DNA from: Trichoplax adhaerens
Lineage: Eukaryota; Animalia; Placozoa
DNA length: 64,000 nucleotides
NCBI RefSeq assembly: GCF_000150275.1
Contig: NW_002060954.1
Location: 1,674,001-1,738,000 of the forward strand
Reading direction: 5' to 3'
How positions within the stretch are numbered: the stretch's first letter is position 1; every line of letters starts with the position of its first letter. The notes beneath the pieces were generated by a model. The model did not search any database. It saw nothing but the letters and a program-made list of their open reading frames with translations, and was not told the DNA's origin. The translations under genes were made by a program, and so were the position numbers. This document shows, one piece after another, positions 14,501-28,048 of this stretch.

Positions 14501-17500
14501 GTGGTATTGTTAAAAACTCTAGCTAGCCCACTGGTAAGCACTATCATTAATAGTAAGAAATGCTCATACTATGGTACAAATACTGCAATTTTGTACTTGA
14601 AATAAATCAACTGCTATTGTACTATCTCGATAATTATAGCAGTTCTAGATCGTAATTAAATCTCAAGTTATTGTAAAATTACTTAAACTGAATAGTAATA
14701 TTTCAACTTATCCATTTACACTGTGCTCGTGTAATATATCTCTAAAAGAAGTAAACAGGATAGACTGTGTTTTACTATCATATAATTACTCAACTCAAGG
14801 CGAACATTTTTTATGATCTACTTCATAGTTAAAACGGGCTGTTGTAGTTGGTAAACCTGATAAAGAATATGGTGAAGAAACAACTTATCGAATAAGCAAA
14901 ACGTAAATACTGTTCGTAAAAGATCTGTTATATTCTAGCCTAACTATGATTAAAATTCCAGTATGACGATATAAATCTCTTAAATGTGCAATCATTCCTG
15001 GACAAATCAATTTTTTTTAATAACTATTATGTTTCCTTATTAGGGCTTGGCTAGATAAGGAAGACCATCCTGCAGTCAAGAGAATAACTACATTAATAGG
15101 GGATATCATTGGCCTTACTTCTGAAACAGCTGAGCCACTACAAGTATTGATTGATACTGATATGTTGATATTAGAATTACAGCTTTGTGATGAGACATTT
15201 ACTTTAATTTGGCATTACCTGTAATTAAAAATGTAATAATCTCGATATTAATGTGGCTATAGATCGCAAACTACGGTATCGGAGGACACTATGAGCCGCA
15301 CTTAGATTTCATAGAATCTGAAGTAGGTACACTATTTATCTCTATAGTACGGAATAAATTAGTTGCTTAACTACAGATAAAACAATATAAATCAAAAGTT
15401 AAATTCGAACAGCTTCTATTTTAAAATACGGTACGTACAGCTGTTCGAAAATGAAATTAGTTAAATGTGGGCTATATTGATAACTTTCCTTTTTTAGTTC
15501 GATTTTAGATGTTTGTCTGTCACATCAAATACACTATTCCATATTACTAGTTATACTATTAATGATGGATATGTCTACTTTTCGTATTACTTACCATTTT
15601 ATGCCATTAATGAGCATAATACGGCCGAAGCTCGAAATTAGTCAATATTCATAATCGTTTTTGAATTTGCAAATCGAAACATTTTGTATTAGTAATTAAA
15701 GTATAAACATTGTTAAGTAAATGTCTCTTTTAAATTTAAAGTATATTTACTTATTTACAAACTTTAAAATTACTATTACGAAAGGTTTAGTATATTTTTA
15801 GTATATTGGAATGTGCCGGTCAGCTATCACTATTATATTATAGACTGCCTGTTCATTTCGAACGGGTATCTCAGCTAGTGTGATATAATTTAGTTAGGTC
15901 GTACTTACATAGAGGCACATCGCAGTATAAGGCATTTATAGGTGTAGAAATGTCATGTGTAACTAGTATAGTTAGATTGCTATTGCCATGCATGATAGGA
16001 ATTCTCACTAGTTACAGTAACGTGTATTTAATGTGACAAACCTTTATATACTCAATAACCTAAGCTTGAGCGGTTGATTTATACAAAAAATAGATTAAGG
16101 GCCGTCCCTACATTTGGTAATACCGATTGCTATTGCAAAGTGTAATTGTAATAACTAATAATTGCTTGACTATCTAAGAATAGCAAATGGCCCTATATGA
16201 AATAATGTACAGTAATAGTAAAAATGCCCAAAGCTTCGATATGTTAAACGTTAGTTAAGAATAATCGTATTATTAGCTGTTAATTATACGATTCTGTAAT
16301 TAGAATACTGCAAACAAAGGACCTTTAAATTTTATCTGGACTTACACTATTTATGAGAATTGGATAGAAGGTAGATAGTTTATTACTGTAGATAAATCGC
16401 ATTTAAAATATATTATCGGCGAACTTTAAGCTATACGATTCGCTCTAGTTTTGATTAATGCATGCTTAAAAATCGAAGTTTATCGGTGCTTATAGTCATA
16501 GAAATTTGCCTTAGACACACCATAATACCATAATACTAACTTGACCTCTGACTTGTCATTAACAGATATTATTACATTCTATGGATAATAGTGTTTAATC
16601 ATCTACTATCTTGCATACAATTACATTTATGAACTGATGCAAAATATTTTGTGTTTATAACTTTAAAATATTAAAATAATTGGATTCATGATATTGACAA
16701 TGAAATCATTAGTAGAATTACTTCGCACTAAACTAAATTTATAGCTGCATTATACCCTTCAAATCATTCTAACTTTTTACGATTTCGCAATAATTATCGC
16801 CTACAGCCTTAGCAATGCAGATGATATGCTATATAATATTTAAATCGCACTACTAACTAAGACTACTGCCTAGTGCAGATTCGAATTTATCAAATTCAGA
16901 TTTAATGCTATACTCTTGTATTATCACTAAAATGAATTATGAACTCTTTTACTCGTATTGATTATTAACTAGACACTAATACATTTATGTTATTTATTTC
17001 TTGATAGTTCAAAATCATTTAATGTATGTTATTGAATCGATTTGATTATAATAGGATAAAGAAGCTCTATCAGAATACACTAGTAGAATCGGGAATCGAA
17101 TTGCTACTGTACTTATTTATGTAAGTTATATGTGGTGATTTATGTCGGTGTATCCAGAAATATTATCAAAGTATTAGTCTTGCAGTTTTTTATTAATTTG
17201 AATATTTATTTACATATGTAGCTAAGCAATGTAGAAGCAGGTGGAGCAACTGTTTTTCCAAAGGCTGGTGTAAGAGTTGAACCTCGTCAAGTAATCTGCA
17301 AATTATGATATAAATAACTAGATTGATTTATATTTTCGATATTAGATTTGCAACGCTGTATCGCTTATAGCAGTTCTTAGATAATATCAGAAATATTAAA
17401 GATGTCATAGATTAATACAATAATTACAATATAGGGTAGCGCTGCCTTCTGGTATAACATGCATCGCAACGGTGAAGGCAATAAATTATCAGTTCATGCA

Positions 17501-17832
17501 GCCTGTCCAGTGTTAATCGGATCTAAATGGGGTTAGTTAAAATAATAATCTTTATTTAAAAATTCGGATGTTATTTTTATTGCTTATGACTTATATCAGT
17601 AGCATGTTATTTTAGCTTCTATGCTTTTACCAATTTGACAATTCTGTATATATGTAGAATCGATAGAGGTATAGAAGGATAACAGATGATTGTTGATCTG
17701 ACATTTACTTTAATATCACGGAAAATAATTGATATCATTATTTTAATACATGAATTCATAGCTGCTAATTTGTGGTTTCGTGAAGTTGGACAAGAACTAA
17801 GACATACGTGTACGTTAAATCCGGACGAATAA
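11576..17832 (+). CDS. P4HA: Prolyl 4-hydroxylase alpha subunit, copy A (12 coding exons)
   Basis: Exons 11576-11918, 12664-12992, 13539-13590, 13727-13899, 14354-14533, 14829-14902, 15044-15143, 15263-15322, 17055-17120, 17222-17290, 17435-17531, 17762-17832. Signal peptide then EIFTA, HPLAIYFLVKRF, LSRLQEVYQL, DCFTIG, YRISKTAWL, QIANYGIGGHYEPHLD, GNRIATVLIYLSNVEAGGATVFP, GSAAFWYN, HAACPVLIGSKW; stop TAA 17830-17832. Confidence 0.95.
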
Positions 17833-18244
17833 CGAAAGACCAAAAAATTGATGAAATTAATCGCGGTTACTTAGTAGCCTAAGATCATATATTGTAATAT
17901 CTTTTCTATATATTTTGATGATGTGTTTGCTACAATAATTGTAATACAGCATGTAATATAGTATGTACTGTACTATTATCACAAACCTGTATTGCTTAGA
18001 TAATATAGCTTGGTTAATTTCAGTACTGCGTATCCACTAGCGTTCGATGTTATGTATACGAATATTGGTAGTAGTCAACTATAACCTTAACATGGCTTAA
18101 CGCATAGGTTACAGCCATTTCTAACGCAAGCAGAATTATTTCTATTTTCTACCTACAAACAATACAATACATGAGCTTATCTGTAATCCGAATGATAAAA
18201 TATTTATATCAATACAATAAATTTATACTTCATGGCGACGTTTA

Positions 18245-18725
18245 ATTAAACACTACGTCACTCTGTTAGTTATATTATAGGTAATGGCCGGATTACGGGC
18301 TTTGGCCGTAACATGTATAAGCACATAGATATACTTTGCAGATTTTACAATGACCAAAATTTCAAAATCAAATTAGTATGTGATTAGAGCAAAAAAAACT
18401 AGTTTTAAAGAATACAACTGCTTGCACTTTCGTCATTAGCTAAATTTATACAAATATTAGTAATATTGCGGCCAAAGTTATCAAAAAAATTGAGCATTTT
18501 GTTAAAGTGTAATCGAAATTTCTATATAAAGTAACAGAAATTAATATTGCTAGTGCTATATTGGATTTATTCAATGCCGAGACACATGCCACGTGTATTA
18601 ATAATAATCTAGCTAAAGTTTTCGAAGAGATGTAAAAGTTTTTCTACTGTTATATAATGAAACTTGAATGTTGAATAAACAAGTTATCCTTTAATCAATA
18701 GCTTGTTTAGGGAGATATGCAGAGT
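18245..18725 (+). promoter_or_regulatory. Non-coding block upstream of P4HA copy B, homologous to 10440-10890; contains TATATAAA (~18523) and CACGTG (~18590)
   Basis: Same collinear words as upstream of copy A, at a similar distance from the ATG. An acceptor-like ttctgctatag lies just before the ATG at 19529, suggesting a 5'-UTR intron. Confidence 0.65.
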
Positions 18726-19528
18726 TAATCAAGTAATCAGGTATTATATAAAATCTTAACAAAACAACAATACATTGACGACATTTGGTCATTTCATTTG
18801 TTAGAGAACTCATAGAATTAAGATTACGTTGTCTCATTCATTAAAATTTAGCCTCTGCTTCGATTTTTGACCAAAACTTTGTAACTTGCACTCTATGATT
18901 GCCAGTAAGTATCATTTTTCAACAGCAAAAGTTTAGCTAAAATAATGCCCTAAGGTTGAAATGCCTGTTTAGACTTTCTAATTAATTTTAAAATATACCT
19001 TTCGAATAAGAATATACATACATAATCTAATTTGTTTAATTATGATGCTATTTTAATAAAAGATATATAAGATGGTTTTTCGAGCTTTCAAGTATGTAAA
19101 TCGGTTCCTGAAAAGCTGTTGAAAGTGGGAGGCTGTCAGCCATCTGCTGCCATGCATAAATTATAATAGATATTATAATATTAATTATCACAAATTTGCA
19201 TCGTGGAAATTCTTCTATTATTGTTAACAATGGCATAAATAAACATTTTATGATCTACGTAAGATGTACTAGCTCGAGTATTGAATACTTAATTATAAAT
19301 TAGCTACGGCGATTTACTAAGAAATCGTCGAATTTAGCCATTATGATGGAACATTAGTTTTGACGGTTATTCTTTAATTTATTTTGTTACCATCAATCTC
19401 AAAGATTTAAAAGTGAATAGTTATAATCCTTCAAAGAGGACTTCGTCTACTGCTTAAGCTATTTTTTATATTGAACACCGTGGAAAGTGATTTATATCAG
19501 TTTTATTTCTGCTATAGAAGAAAAAAAA

Positions 19529-22500
19529 ATGCCTAGATTGACATCAAATTCGACCTTGATACTTTTTATTGTAACTTTTCTGTTTTCTCCTTTTATTCAA
19601 AGTGAAGTCTTTACGGCAACCGATGACATTGAAAAATTAATCTATTCAGAATATGAACTATATCATGAATTAGATAATTATATTAAGTTACAGCAAAATC
19701 GATTAGTCACATTGAGGAAACTGTTAGATGAAATTAAGTCTCAAATGCATGGAGTTCATTTAAAAGGTTATGAACAGGGTAAGCATCCACTGGCCGTTTT
19801 TTTATTGGTAAGACGATTTCTACGGAATTGGAAAGAATTAGAAGCAACCGCAGAAGAAGAACAGATTTTCAACGGTCAGTAAATTTATCTAGTTTCAGTC
19901 TATCAATATAATATTAAATCAGGCTTAGACTACCCTAATCTAAAGATCGAGTCTTTCGCAAAAACTAAAATATTATAGTAAAAAGCTTAGATTTTAGATC
20001 CTTTCTTGTAAGTTTATACTATACTGTTTGTTTGACGTCTGATTGTGATAGCTTCGAAGTTCTTTCTGCACGAGTTTTACAAATTTTACTATCCTTAAAT
20101 GCGGAATTAGCTATGAAAAGAATTGATCTATGTATGGAACCGTCTTTTATAATTCTTATTTAACAATCAAAATTATTTCATACTATTTAAATTATTTTAC
20201 TAAATTTTAAAAGTGAATTAAATGTTTATCTTTCCTTATTTTAATATAGATAAGCTGCTAGATACGTTTGCTTATTATAAACGGACATTTCCTAATCTTC
20301 AAGATCTGGAAGGATCTGCGGAAGCCATCTTGCGATTACAGGATGTGTACAATTTAAAGGAAATTGATTTAGCTAGTGGCATCATTGATGGAGGCCCCCG
20401 TCTTGGAGTTCAGCTAAGTTGGTTGGACTGCTTTACTATTGGTAAAAAAGCTTATGAGAATGAAGATTTCGAGCGAAGTTATAAATGGATGAAAATTGTT
20501 CAGCGTAGTCAAAATCCTTCGATATCGTCTGATCAGTGGGTAAAGATTCTTGACTACCTAGCTTTCTCAGCTTACAAGGTATGGACAATATAGTAGTTAT
20601 TTCACTATTACTTTTATTATGTATTATTGAAATGATAATTTATGAGAATAGAGCTCATAAAGGCAGGAATAATACGCAAAATGAAGTTAGTGCAGTTTAT
20701 TTCATTTTCAATGTGATATTTTACGATATTAGCATTAACCAAAAATTAAAAAAGATGGTAAAGCTAGTTGTGAGATTGAAAGGTTTTGCTTGATGTAGAG
20801 ACTGATCATTCAGACTAAGCTAAGCCTTGCATGCGAAATACTGTACTTATGTTATTATAACATGACAGTGACTTTTTATCGATGCTGCTAAAATGATGCA
20901 CCGGATTTTTAAAGTATTCTAGTAGTTGATGTCACTGTTAGCTTTTCAAGCAAAAATAATTTTATAATCAGTAGTTTACCGTTTAGTAAAGAAGTCTGAT
21001 GTCTTATTAATATAGAAAACTGTGATTAGAATACGAGTATTTTCTGTTTAAAACAGTTATTTATATGCTCTTATCGTCTCTTAACGTAGATTTTGTAGCT
21101 TTCATCAATCATAAAGCAAGAATAGGCTATAGGAGAATTATTAGTGATACTAGGTTTATAAAAATTTTATAATTTCTCTCCTAGTTAGGAAATGTTAAAG
21201 AAGCCATGAATTTAACTCAGGCGCTATTAAAACTAGGTATTATAGACTAAGAAAATGTTTTTGTTTCTGCTCTTGATTAAAGGGAATAATCTACATTATC
21301 AGCTATAGGAAGAAATCCTCAGTAATTATGATAGAAGAATGGATTCAATTTTTAATTATTAAATTAAGAATTGTAACCATACTCTAGCTTTCTGTCTCTG
21401 AAAAGTTTTTAATTATATAAATTTCTCTTTCTTGACAGTATTTAGTTTATACCTATTTGCACGGTACATGTAAATATAAGTTCAGTAAGATGACAAACGC
21501 AACATATCATTTACTTATAGTTTAATAAATGCTACTAGTAGAAGATATATACTCACGATAAATGGCACACACTTCTCCATTGAGACATGGTACTGTGCAT
21601 CGTTTTGTTAACTTTGCAAAGTCATAACTCTTAAATAATTAAAATCTTTAATATCTTTAAATTAAATTAACTGAAGAAATTTGTTTGCAAATCCTACTAG
21701 ATCCGAAGCATGAAAGAGCAAAGCAAAATATTTATTACTACGAAAAAGTTTTGACTAAAAATAGCGATGGTAAGGAAGGCGAAGACTCGCTCTCTCAAGA
21801 TGAAAATGACTGGTCTCATGAATTTGATTTTTACAAGAAGCTATGTCGAGGTGGCCCAAAAGTAAAGGTACAGAATCTATCCATTTATAGAATTTGGGTA
21901 GATATCTTCATGTCTGTAGTTATCTCTTTTAATATAAGAAGTGGGTCAGCATGACGACCTAGGAGCTAGTGGAGCTATGAAAATCTTTATTGTTATTGAT
22001 GTAAATAAGTTTAAATTTGAAATTTAACAAGAAGGTTGGACTTCAATCTTTCATACCTCAATGAAGCTCCAATATCCAATCAAAATAAAGTCATGATTGA
22101 TAGTCCACCGTATTAATAGTGGATAGTCATAGGGCTTGGCTTGTTCGTCAATATGACGTATACGCGTAGAATACGCATAATAATTGAAGCTTTCTAATAA
22201 GTAAATTAAAACTAAGCTATCTATAATTAGAGCTACAATATTATGTATTGAAAGTGAATATCAAAGACGTAAGAATTTTGTTTATCGAGCTAATCAACGC
22301 AATTTTATCGATTAAGGCTGGTGATAATAAAATGGTTAGCAATCATCTCACCTGTTACCAGCTTCGTCAACATGCCCGATTGCTCTTTTCTCCAATTAAT
22401 GTTGAAGTTATCAGTTTACAACCGTATATCTTAATCTATCATAATTTATTGAATGATCTAGAAGTTGAAGCATTAAAAACCTTAGCTGCTCCTATGGTAG

Positions 22501-24569
22501 GTTATACTATTAGTATCGTAACCAATTATAATTGTAATTGATTTTGTTTGGGGTATGAATATCTTATATTAAATCTTGATTTGGACCCGCTTACAAAATG
22601 AATTGATTGTTTACTTACTAACCATCTTGATATTTGTGGCATATCAGCATTAGATATTTGCTTTGAAAAAAAGTGACTACTGTTAATCTGTTCTATAGTT
22701 ACAACGAGCTACTGTACATAACAAGGATACCGGTAAATTGGAGTATGCAACTTATCGAATAAGTAAAAGGTAAAATATTATCCAGGCTATATACTCAATG
22801 TATTATAATCTCGTATAATTTTAAGGTAATGTTAACGCCTTGGAAGTAAGATAATTTGCTAATGGATTTCGCTTGGCTTTTGACGTATTTGTCGCTAGTG
22901 CTTGGTTAAATGATGACGATCATCCTTTGGTTCGGAGAATATCTACATTAATAGAAGATGTCACCGGACTCACCATGGAATCGGCAGAAGCATTACAGGT
23001 TTTGATTAGCGATCTTTTGATGTGGAAAAGTGTAGTTAGTGATATGTCATTGATTAACTACTAACCTTACCAGCACTAAAAATCATTTTTTGCCAATATT
23101 GCTACAGATTGCAAATTACGGAATTGGTGGTCATTATGAGCCGCATTTTGATCATGCTGACGTAAGAGTTTAAAAACTTCTGAACACAGTTCAAATTAAT
23201 TCCTAATGCTTTAGATACATAAAGATATTATCTATAATTAATTCAAAGCCAAAGGCAGAATCTTATGAATTTTGACTTTTAAATCATTCTGATCTTTTGT
23301 AGTCTATAAATACAACACCCGGTATTTGAAGCATGTCATATAAATCTAATCAGTAATATAAGATATAAGTAGATCTGTAATTCTACTTCTACGATCGAAT
23401 TATGCTCTAAAAGTTGATCTAACGGACTGCATATTAACCACTTGATAATATTGAAATCTTGATCAAATTGGTAGTAGATTTAGAAATAAAATAATTGTAT
23501 GAGTAACTACAATAATAATTATAATTGGATTATCGAATTTCTTATAACTGTTTTTGCTTCGCTATTTTTGTATAAAAGCCACCGGCTTTTGCTTTGTAAG
23601 CACGAAAGTGATAATGAAATACACAATGATTTATTATTACCACCCTTTCCACCACTATACTGCCATCAGGGATATTATTATATTACATTTGATAAGTTCA
23701 TCCCAATTAAGATCCTTATTGATAATGCTTTAATTGAAGATATATCAATAATTCATTAGATATTAACGTTAGCATTGTATTCTGACTATGATTTTTAATT
23801 AATGTCATTACATAAAATGGATTCAACTACAGAGCGGCACAGATGTATTTAAAACATGGAAAGGTGGCAATCGAATAGCTACTATGCTGATTTATGTAAG
23901 CTATTTGTATACCAATAATACATCATAATAGACAAACAATTACTCTTGTAATATTATTTTTAATCGGTTTATATAATTTGTATTATTGTAAGTACCTATA
24001 CAGGTGCGTGGTTTTGCAGATATCGAGTTTAGATTTTGAAGAGGCGATTTATCAATAATTTTAAATATTTCATACATATTTAGTTGAGCAGTGTTGAATT
24101 AGGTGGAGCTACCGTCTTTTCATCAGCTGGCGTAAGAATAGAACCTCGTCAAGTAATAATATTATAATAATAATAAATAATCATTGCTAGTATCTATTTA
24201 TATTTGTTGAAGTTAGTTAATTTTTAACAATTACTCACAATCATCGCTCAATAGTCTCTAAATTGCTAAAGCCTAACCAATCAAGCATTGGTATAATAAT
24301 TGTAGGGTAGCGCCGCTTTCTGGTATAATTTGCATCGTAATGGCAATGGCAATAACTTAACCCGACATGCAGCATGCCCAGTACTTATTGGATCTAAATG
24401 GAGTTAGTTGACAATAATCATGTATAGCTGGCCTAGATTTAGAGTAATATCTAATTAAAATGAAAAGATTTTCATTAATTCTGCTGCTTTATCTGTAGTT
24501 GCTAATAAATGGATACATCAAGTTGGACAAGAGTTACGACATCAGTGCACATTAAATTCGAATGACTAA
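19529..24569 (+). CDS. P4HA: Prolyl 4-hydroxylase alpha subunit, copy B (most canonical copy, 12 coding exons)
   Basis: Exons 19529-19874, 20250-20578, 21185-21236, 21701-21867, 22317-22496, 22699-22769, 22899-22998, 23108-23161, 23833-23895, 24084-24152, 24306-24402, 24499-24569. Motifs EVFTA, LQRATVHNKDTGKLEYATYRISKSAWL, IANYGIGGHYEPHFD, GNRIAT, TRHAACPVLIGSKWIANKWIH closely match animal P4HA. Confidence 0.96.
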
Positions 24570-26586
24570 TGATGGATAATAGCTGATTTAGTACAGTAAC
24601 ATACGATGGATGGATTTCCGCCAACACAATTGCTTTTGTCTGTAGAAACTAGCAAATGGAAATGTCACATCGAACGAGAATTATGCAACAAGCCCATATT
24701 AAATCTTTAACAATGATGAATTATGATGAGTAATGGCTAATTTAACTTATATAAGAATGATTTTTTTTTTAAATTTATAATCATTGCATTAGATATTAGG
24801 AAAGACAATGTAATATTAAATTAATTATTATTTTCAATATGGTATGTCCTGATTTTTAAGACCAGAGTAGACGAAAAATGTGTGAATGGATTTATTGAAT
24901 TAGTACAACTGATGATAGTAAACTAAAAATCAGTACTGGACTATATGGTGTTAGAATACTAAATTCTATTTATCAATAGTCAAGAAAATGGTGCAACATG
25001 TGATGATACCACTTATTTATAGAAACAACCGATGAAATCCGGTTTAAGAATTAGACAAATAAATGCATTGTATAATTTTATGCTGTTTCACACCTGTAAA
25101 TTACGACGAGATAATGTATTATTTACAGATGATCTTATGCAATTTTTGTAATGGAGGGTAACTTGATAATAATTGATAATTTCAAATCCTTTAGAAAAAT
25201 GATACTATTGCTTCTGTAATAACACTGCTAATGTCTTCAATTTTCGATAGGAGACCTATTTTTACCAAAATCGATATACGTAAACGTATTAACTTGAATT
25301 GAATAAGATATACAATTTTTGATAGTATTTTACACTACTCCTGGTAGAGGATTTTGGAAGTTATCCCTAGAAGAAAGATTTATTGATTATTACGGATTTG
25401 ATGAAAGGAACTTTAAATAGTTAAACGAAAATTTGATATTGTTGATAGTCTTAGACATAAATAATTTTTAACTTTCGCAAAGTTTAGGATTCAAGCTTTC
25501 TTTGAATTTTGTGCTTAAGATACTATCTCTAGGCATAATATATTAATTCTGAGTTAATAAATAACACATTAACTACATTTCTTCAATTCACTGGAGCTGC
25601 TTCTTAACACTTATCTGGTAATATTGTAGAATAAGGTTAGCCATCACTAAGATGACTCTCTATTGAATTCTTTTATCTGAATTTCTTATTTCTACTGGAG
25701 TTAATCAGTATCTAATAGATCAATTAATATTTTAAACTTATCTATTACTGAGTATAGTTTTCTAGGAAGCAGTTATTCCGGTATAAACTATATTTATAAA
25801 TTTTAATCTGTTCTGATAGGACCCCTAAAGTTAGCTGACTACTTTTAAGAATTTTACTATAATGAGGGCTCTTAAGATGGCTGATGCCTCATTGATATAT
25901 TGCATGGTCGGCAATGGTCTCTTTACTCAATTTAGATCATAGCCACAGTTGTTATATTCTATAATGCAGCTATTATCTTCGAATGTAGCAGACTGTTAAT
26001 AAGGCTTATTGGGTTAATTGTGATCCAAAGAACGTGCAATATCGGAATGCAATGGCATGTTCTACTGCAAGTACCTATACCCTGATCGAAGAAGTATAAG
26101 AGCGAAAGTAGCCATTATTTTATGATAACAAGTTGATTTTTTATTGAACTGGACTGCAAAGAAGACAAACAAAATAGAACGCAATTGTATCGCTAATACA
26201 TGATAAGAAATCTTAGCCTACGTTATTGCTTCTATTCAGTACCAGAATACAGTGATAATTGATTAAAATTTTGAAATAAAATGGCTTATTCAGGAGATTA
26301 ATTTCAGCTGATAGAGCTAGCAGAGAAAGAAAACGCAAGTGCAACTACTAAAATGTAGTCTAGCGAGACGATGTTGGATATGTAGGTACTCAATAATTAG
26401 CACAACCAGATTTGGTAATCATTAAAGTTGTGAGTGAAAGGACAGCGAGACAAAACTTTGACATACGCGTAAGCATGAAATAAGCAACAGTTATTAAATA
26501 GTATCCATTTCTGTTAGTGTGTGCAAAGGATTTTAAAATTACGATAGTTTATAGGTGCAAAATAATTTGGCCAGCTGCGTCAGCAA

Positions 26587-27951
26587 TTAAACAGTTATTC
26601 CTGGAACTACATATCGCACCACTAAATAGTCCCAGCCAAATATAACAATTTCGGCCAGTGCAACTTCTTCAGCCAATACCTTGAGACTATAGGACTTTTT
26701 AGCTGCTACTGCGTTATTGATTGCAAGTAAGTACAAGTAATGGCGTAGTTTGCGCCTAAAGACGTAAAGTTGAGATTCAAGTTTTCTAATTTCTGCTAGT
26801 TGGCGTGGATAGCCCCTTATTCTCTGTATTCTGTACCGTTCATCGTAAACTAAAGCAAAATTAATTCTTCGGAGAATATCAATCATAACGCCAGCCTCAA
26901 CTTCTTTTTGATGGAGTTTTGCCATTTTACCTAAGATGAGGGCCTGTTCAATACCATTGAACAGCTCGGTAGCTTCTAAATTTCGTACTTCGTAGAATGC
27001 TTTCGCTCTTTCGTAAGCATTCTCATCTTCCAAACCTTCACGAGTCAGAAAATTGATTAAAGACAATTCAATTAATCTTTGTACTGCTAAACGACTCCTA
27101 AATTGTGCTACTGCTTCCTGATGCAAAATTCTAGCATCAACAGCTTGATTTCTACGCATGATGAAATGTAGTCGTCGAAGCAAAAATTGTAGTCTGCGTT
27201 GATGGGCCAATTTTATCCCTATAAAGCGACGTAGCATAAATATAAGTCGCCTAATCCTTGGAACTAGCTGTGCGTCAAGTCTATACAATCGGAGTTGATA
27301 GGCTCGATCAGCGGCTGCTGCCATTTTTGCCAATTGCGTTCTAAAGTATAAATGAGCAAATGTTGCTTCTTCTGCGAATGTGGTGAGTACATTCGAAAAG
27401 AGTTTAACTTCCTCTATAATTTCATTTATAATGGCAACGACGTAGATTAAGCCAGCTTCTTCCATACGATCTTTGAACTGGATTAAGGCAGAATTAAATA
27501 ATGTTTCAATGGCCAATTTTTCTTGAAAACTTTCGGAAACGTCTTGTAGCATTGTGAGAAAGAGTCCCACTAGAAAACCCTTGGGAAAGTAAAACTTAAC
27601 CATGACTCCATCTACACCTCTTGCCGATACCGTGACCAAATCGGCAGTTACTCCATCAACCTCTGCACTCACTTCATCAATTTGGCTAGGTTTTGCAGCG
27701 CCATTGATTCCATTCAGTGTCGCACAAATGGTAAGGATTGCTAACAATATATGCACTTGATTCTAAAAGAAATAATTGAACAAGATGGATTATCAAGCGC
27801 ATTTAAGACTTCTCGGGATAATTTTAATAGACATTTTTTATTCATTCTATTCTAAAAATGAATTAGTAAGCTACGATCTAGTAGAAGTATGCTACTCTAC
27901 TATGATCGAGTTCTTTAAAGTATGTTAAAATTTTTGATTCCTTACCGCCAT
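26587..27951 (-). CDS. Unrecognised secreted alpha-helical protein, ~393 aa (exon 1 27946-27951 encodes Met-Ala; exon 2 26587-27762)
   Basis: Open frame of ~1.17 kb in DNA where non-coding ORFs are short, and GC-richer than its flanks. The ORF-track GTG start is preceded by an acceptor tcttttag|AAT CAA GTG, and upstream there is ATG GCG|gtaag (phase 0), giving MANQVHILLAILTICATLNGINGA, a signal-peptide-like N-terminus. No family recognised. Confidence 0.85.
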
Positions 27952-28041
27952 CGCTTAGTAATTTGGAATCATTAAAAAAAAGAAGCAGTCGGGAAGGACC
28001 CCCAAATCGCGATATGATCCAATATTAACGTTTTTTCATTC

Positions 28042-28048
28042 ATATATA
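28042..28048 (-). promoter_or_regulatory. Candidate TATA box of the secreted-protein gene
   Basis: Minus strand reads cc-TATATAT-g about 90 nt upstream of the ATG at 27951. A short motif in AT-rich DNA, so weak support. Confidence 0.35.

Noticed and set aside
26587-27756. Orphan secreted protein as the substrate of the neighbouring hydroxylases
   Set aside because: Only about five prolines and no Gly-X-Y or polyproline tract; adjacency alone is not evidence.
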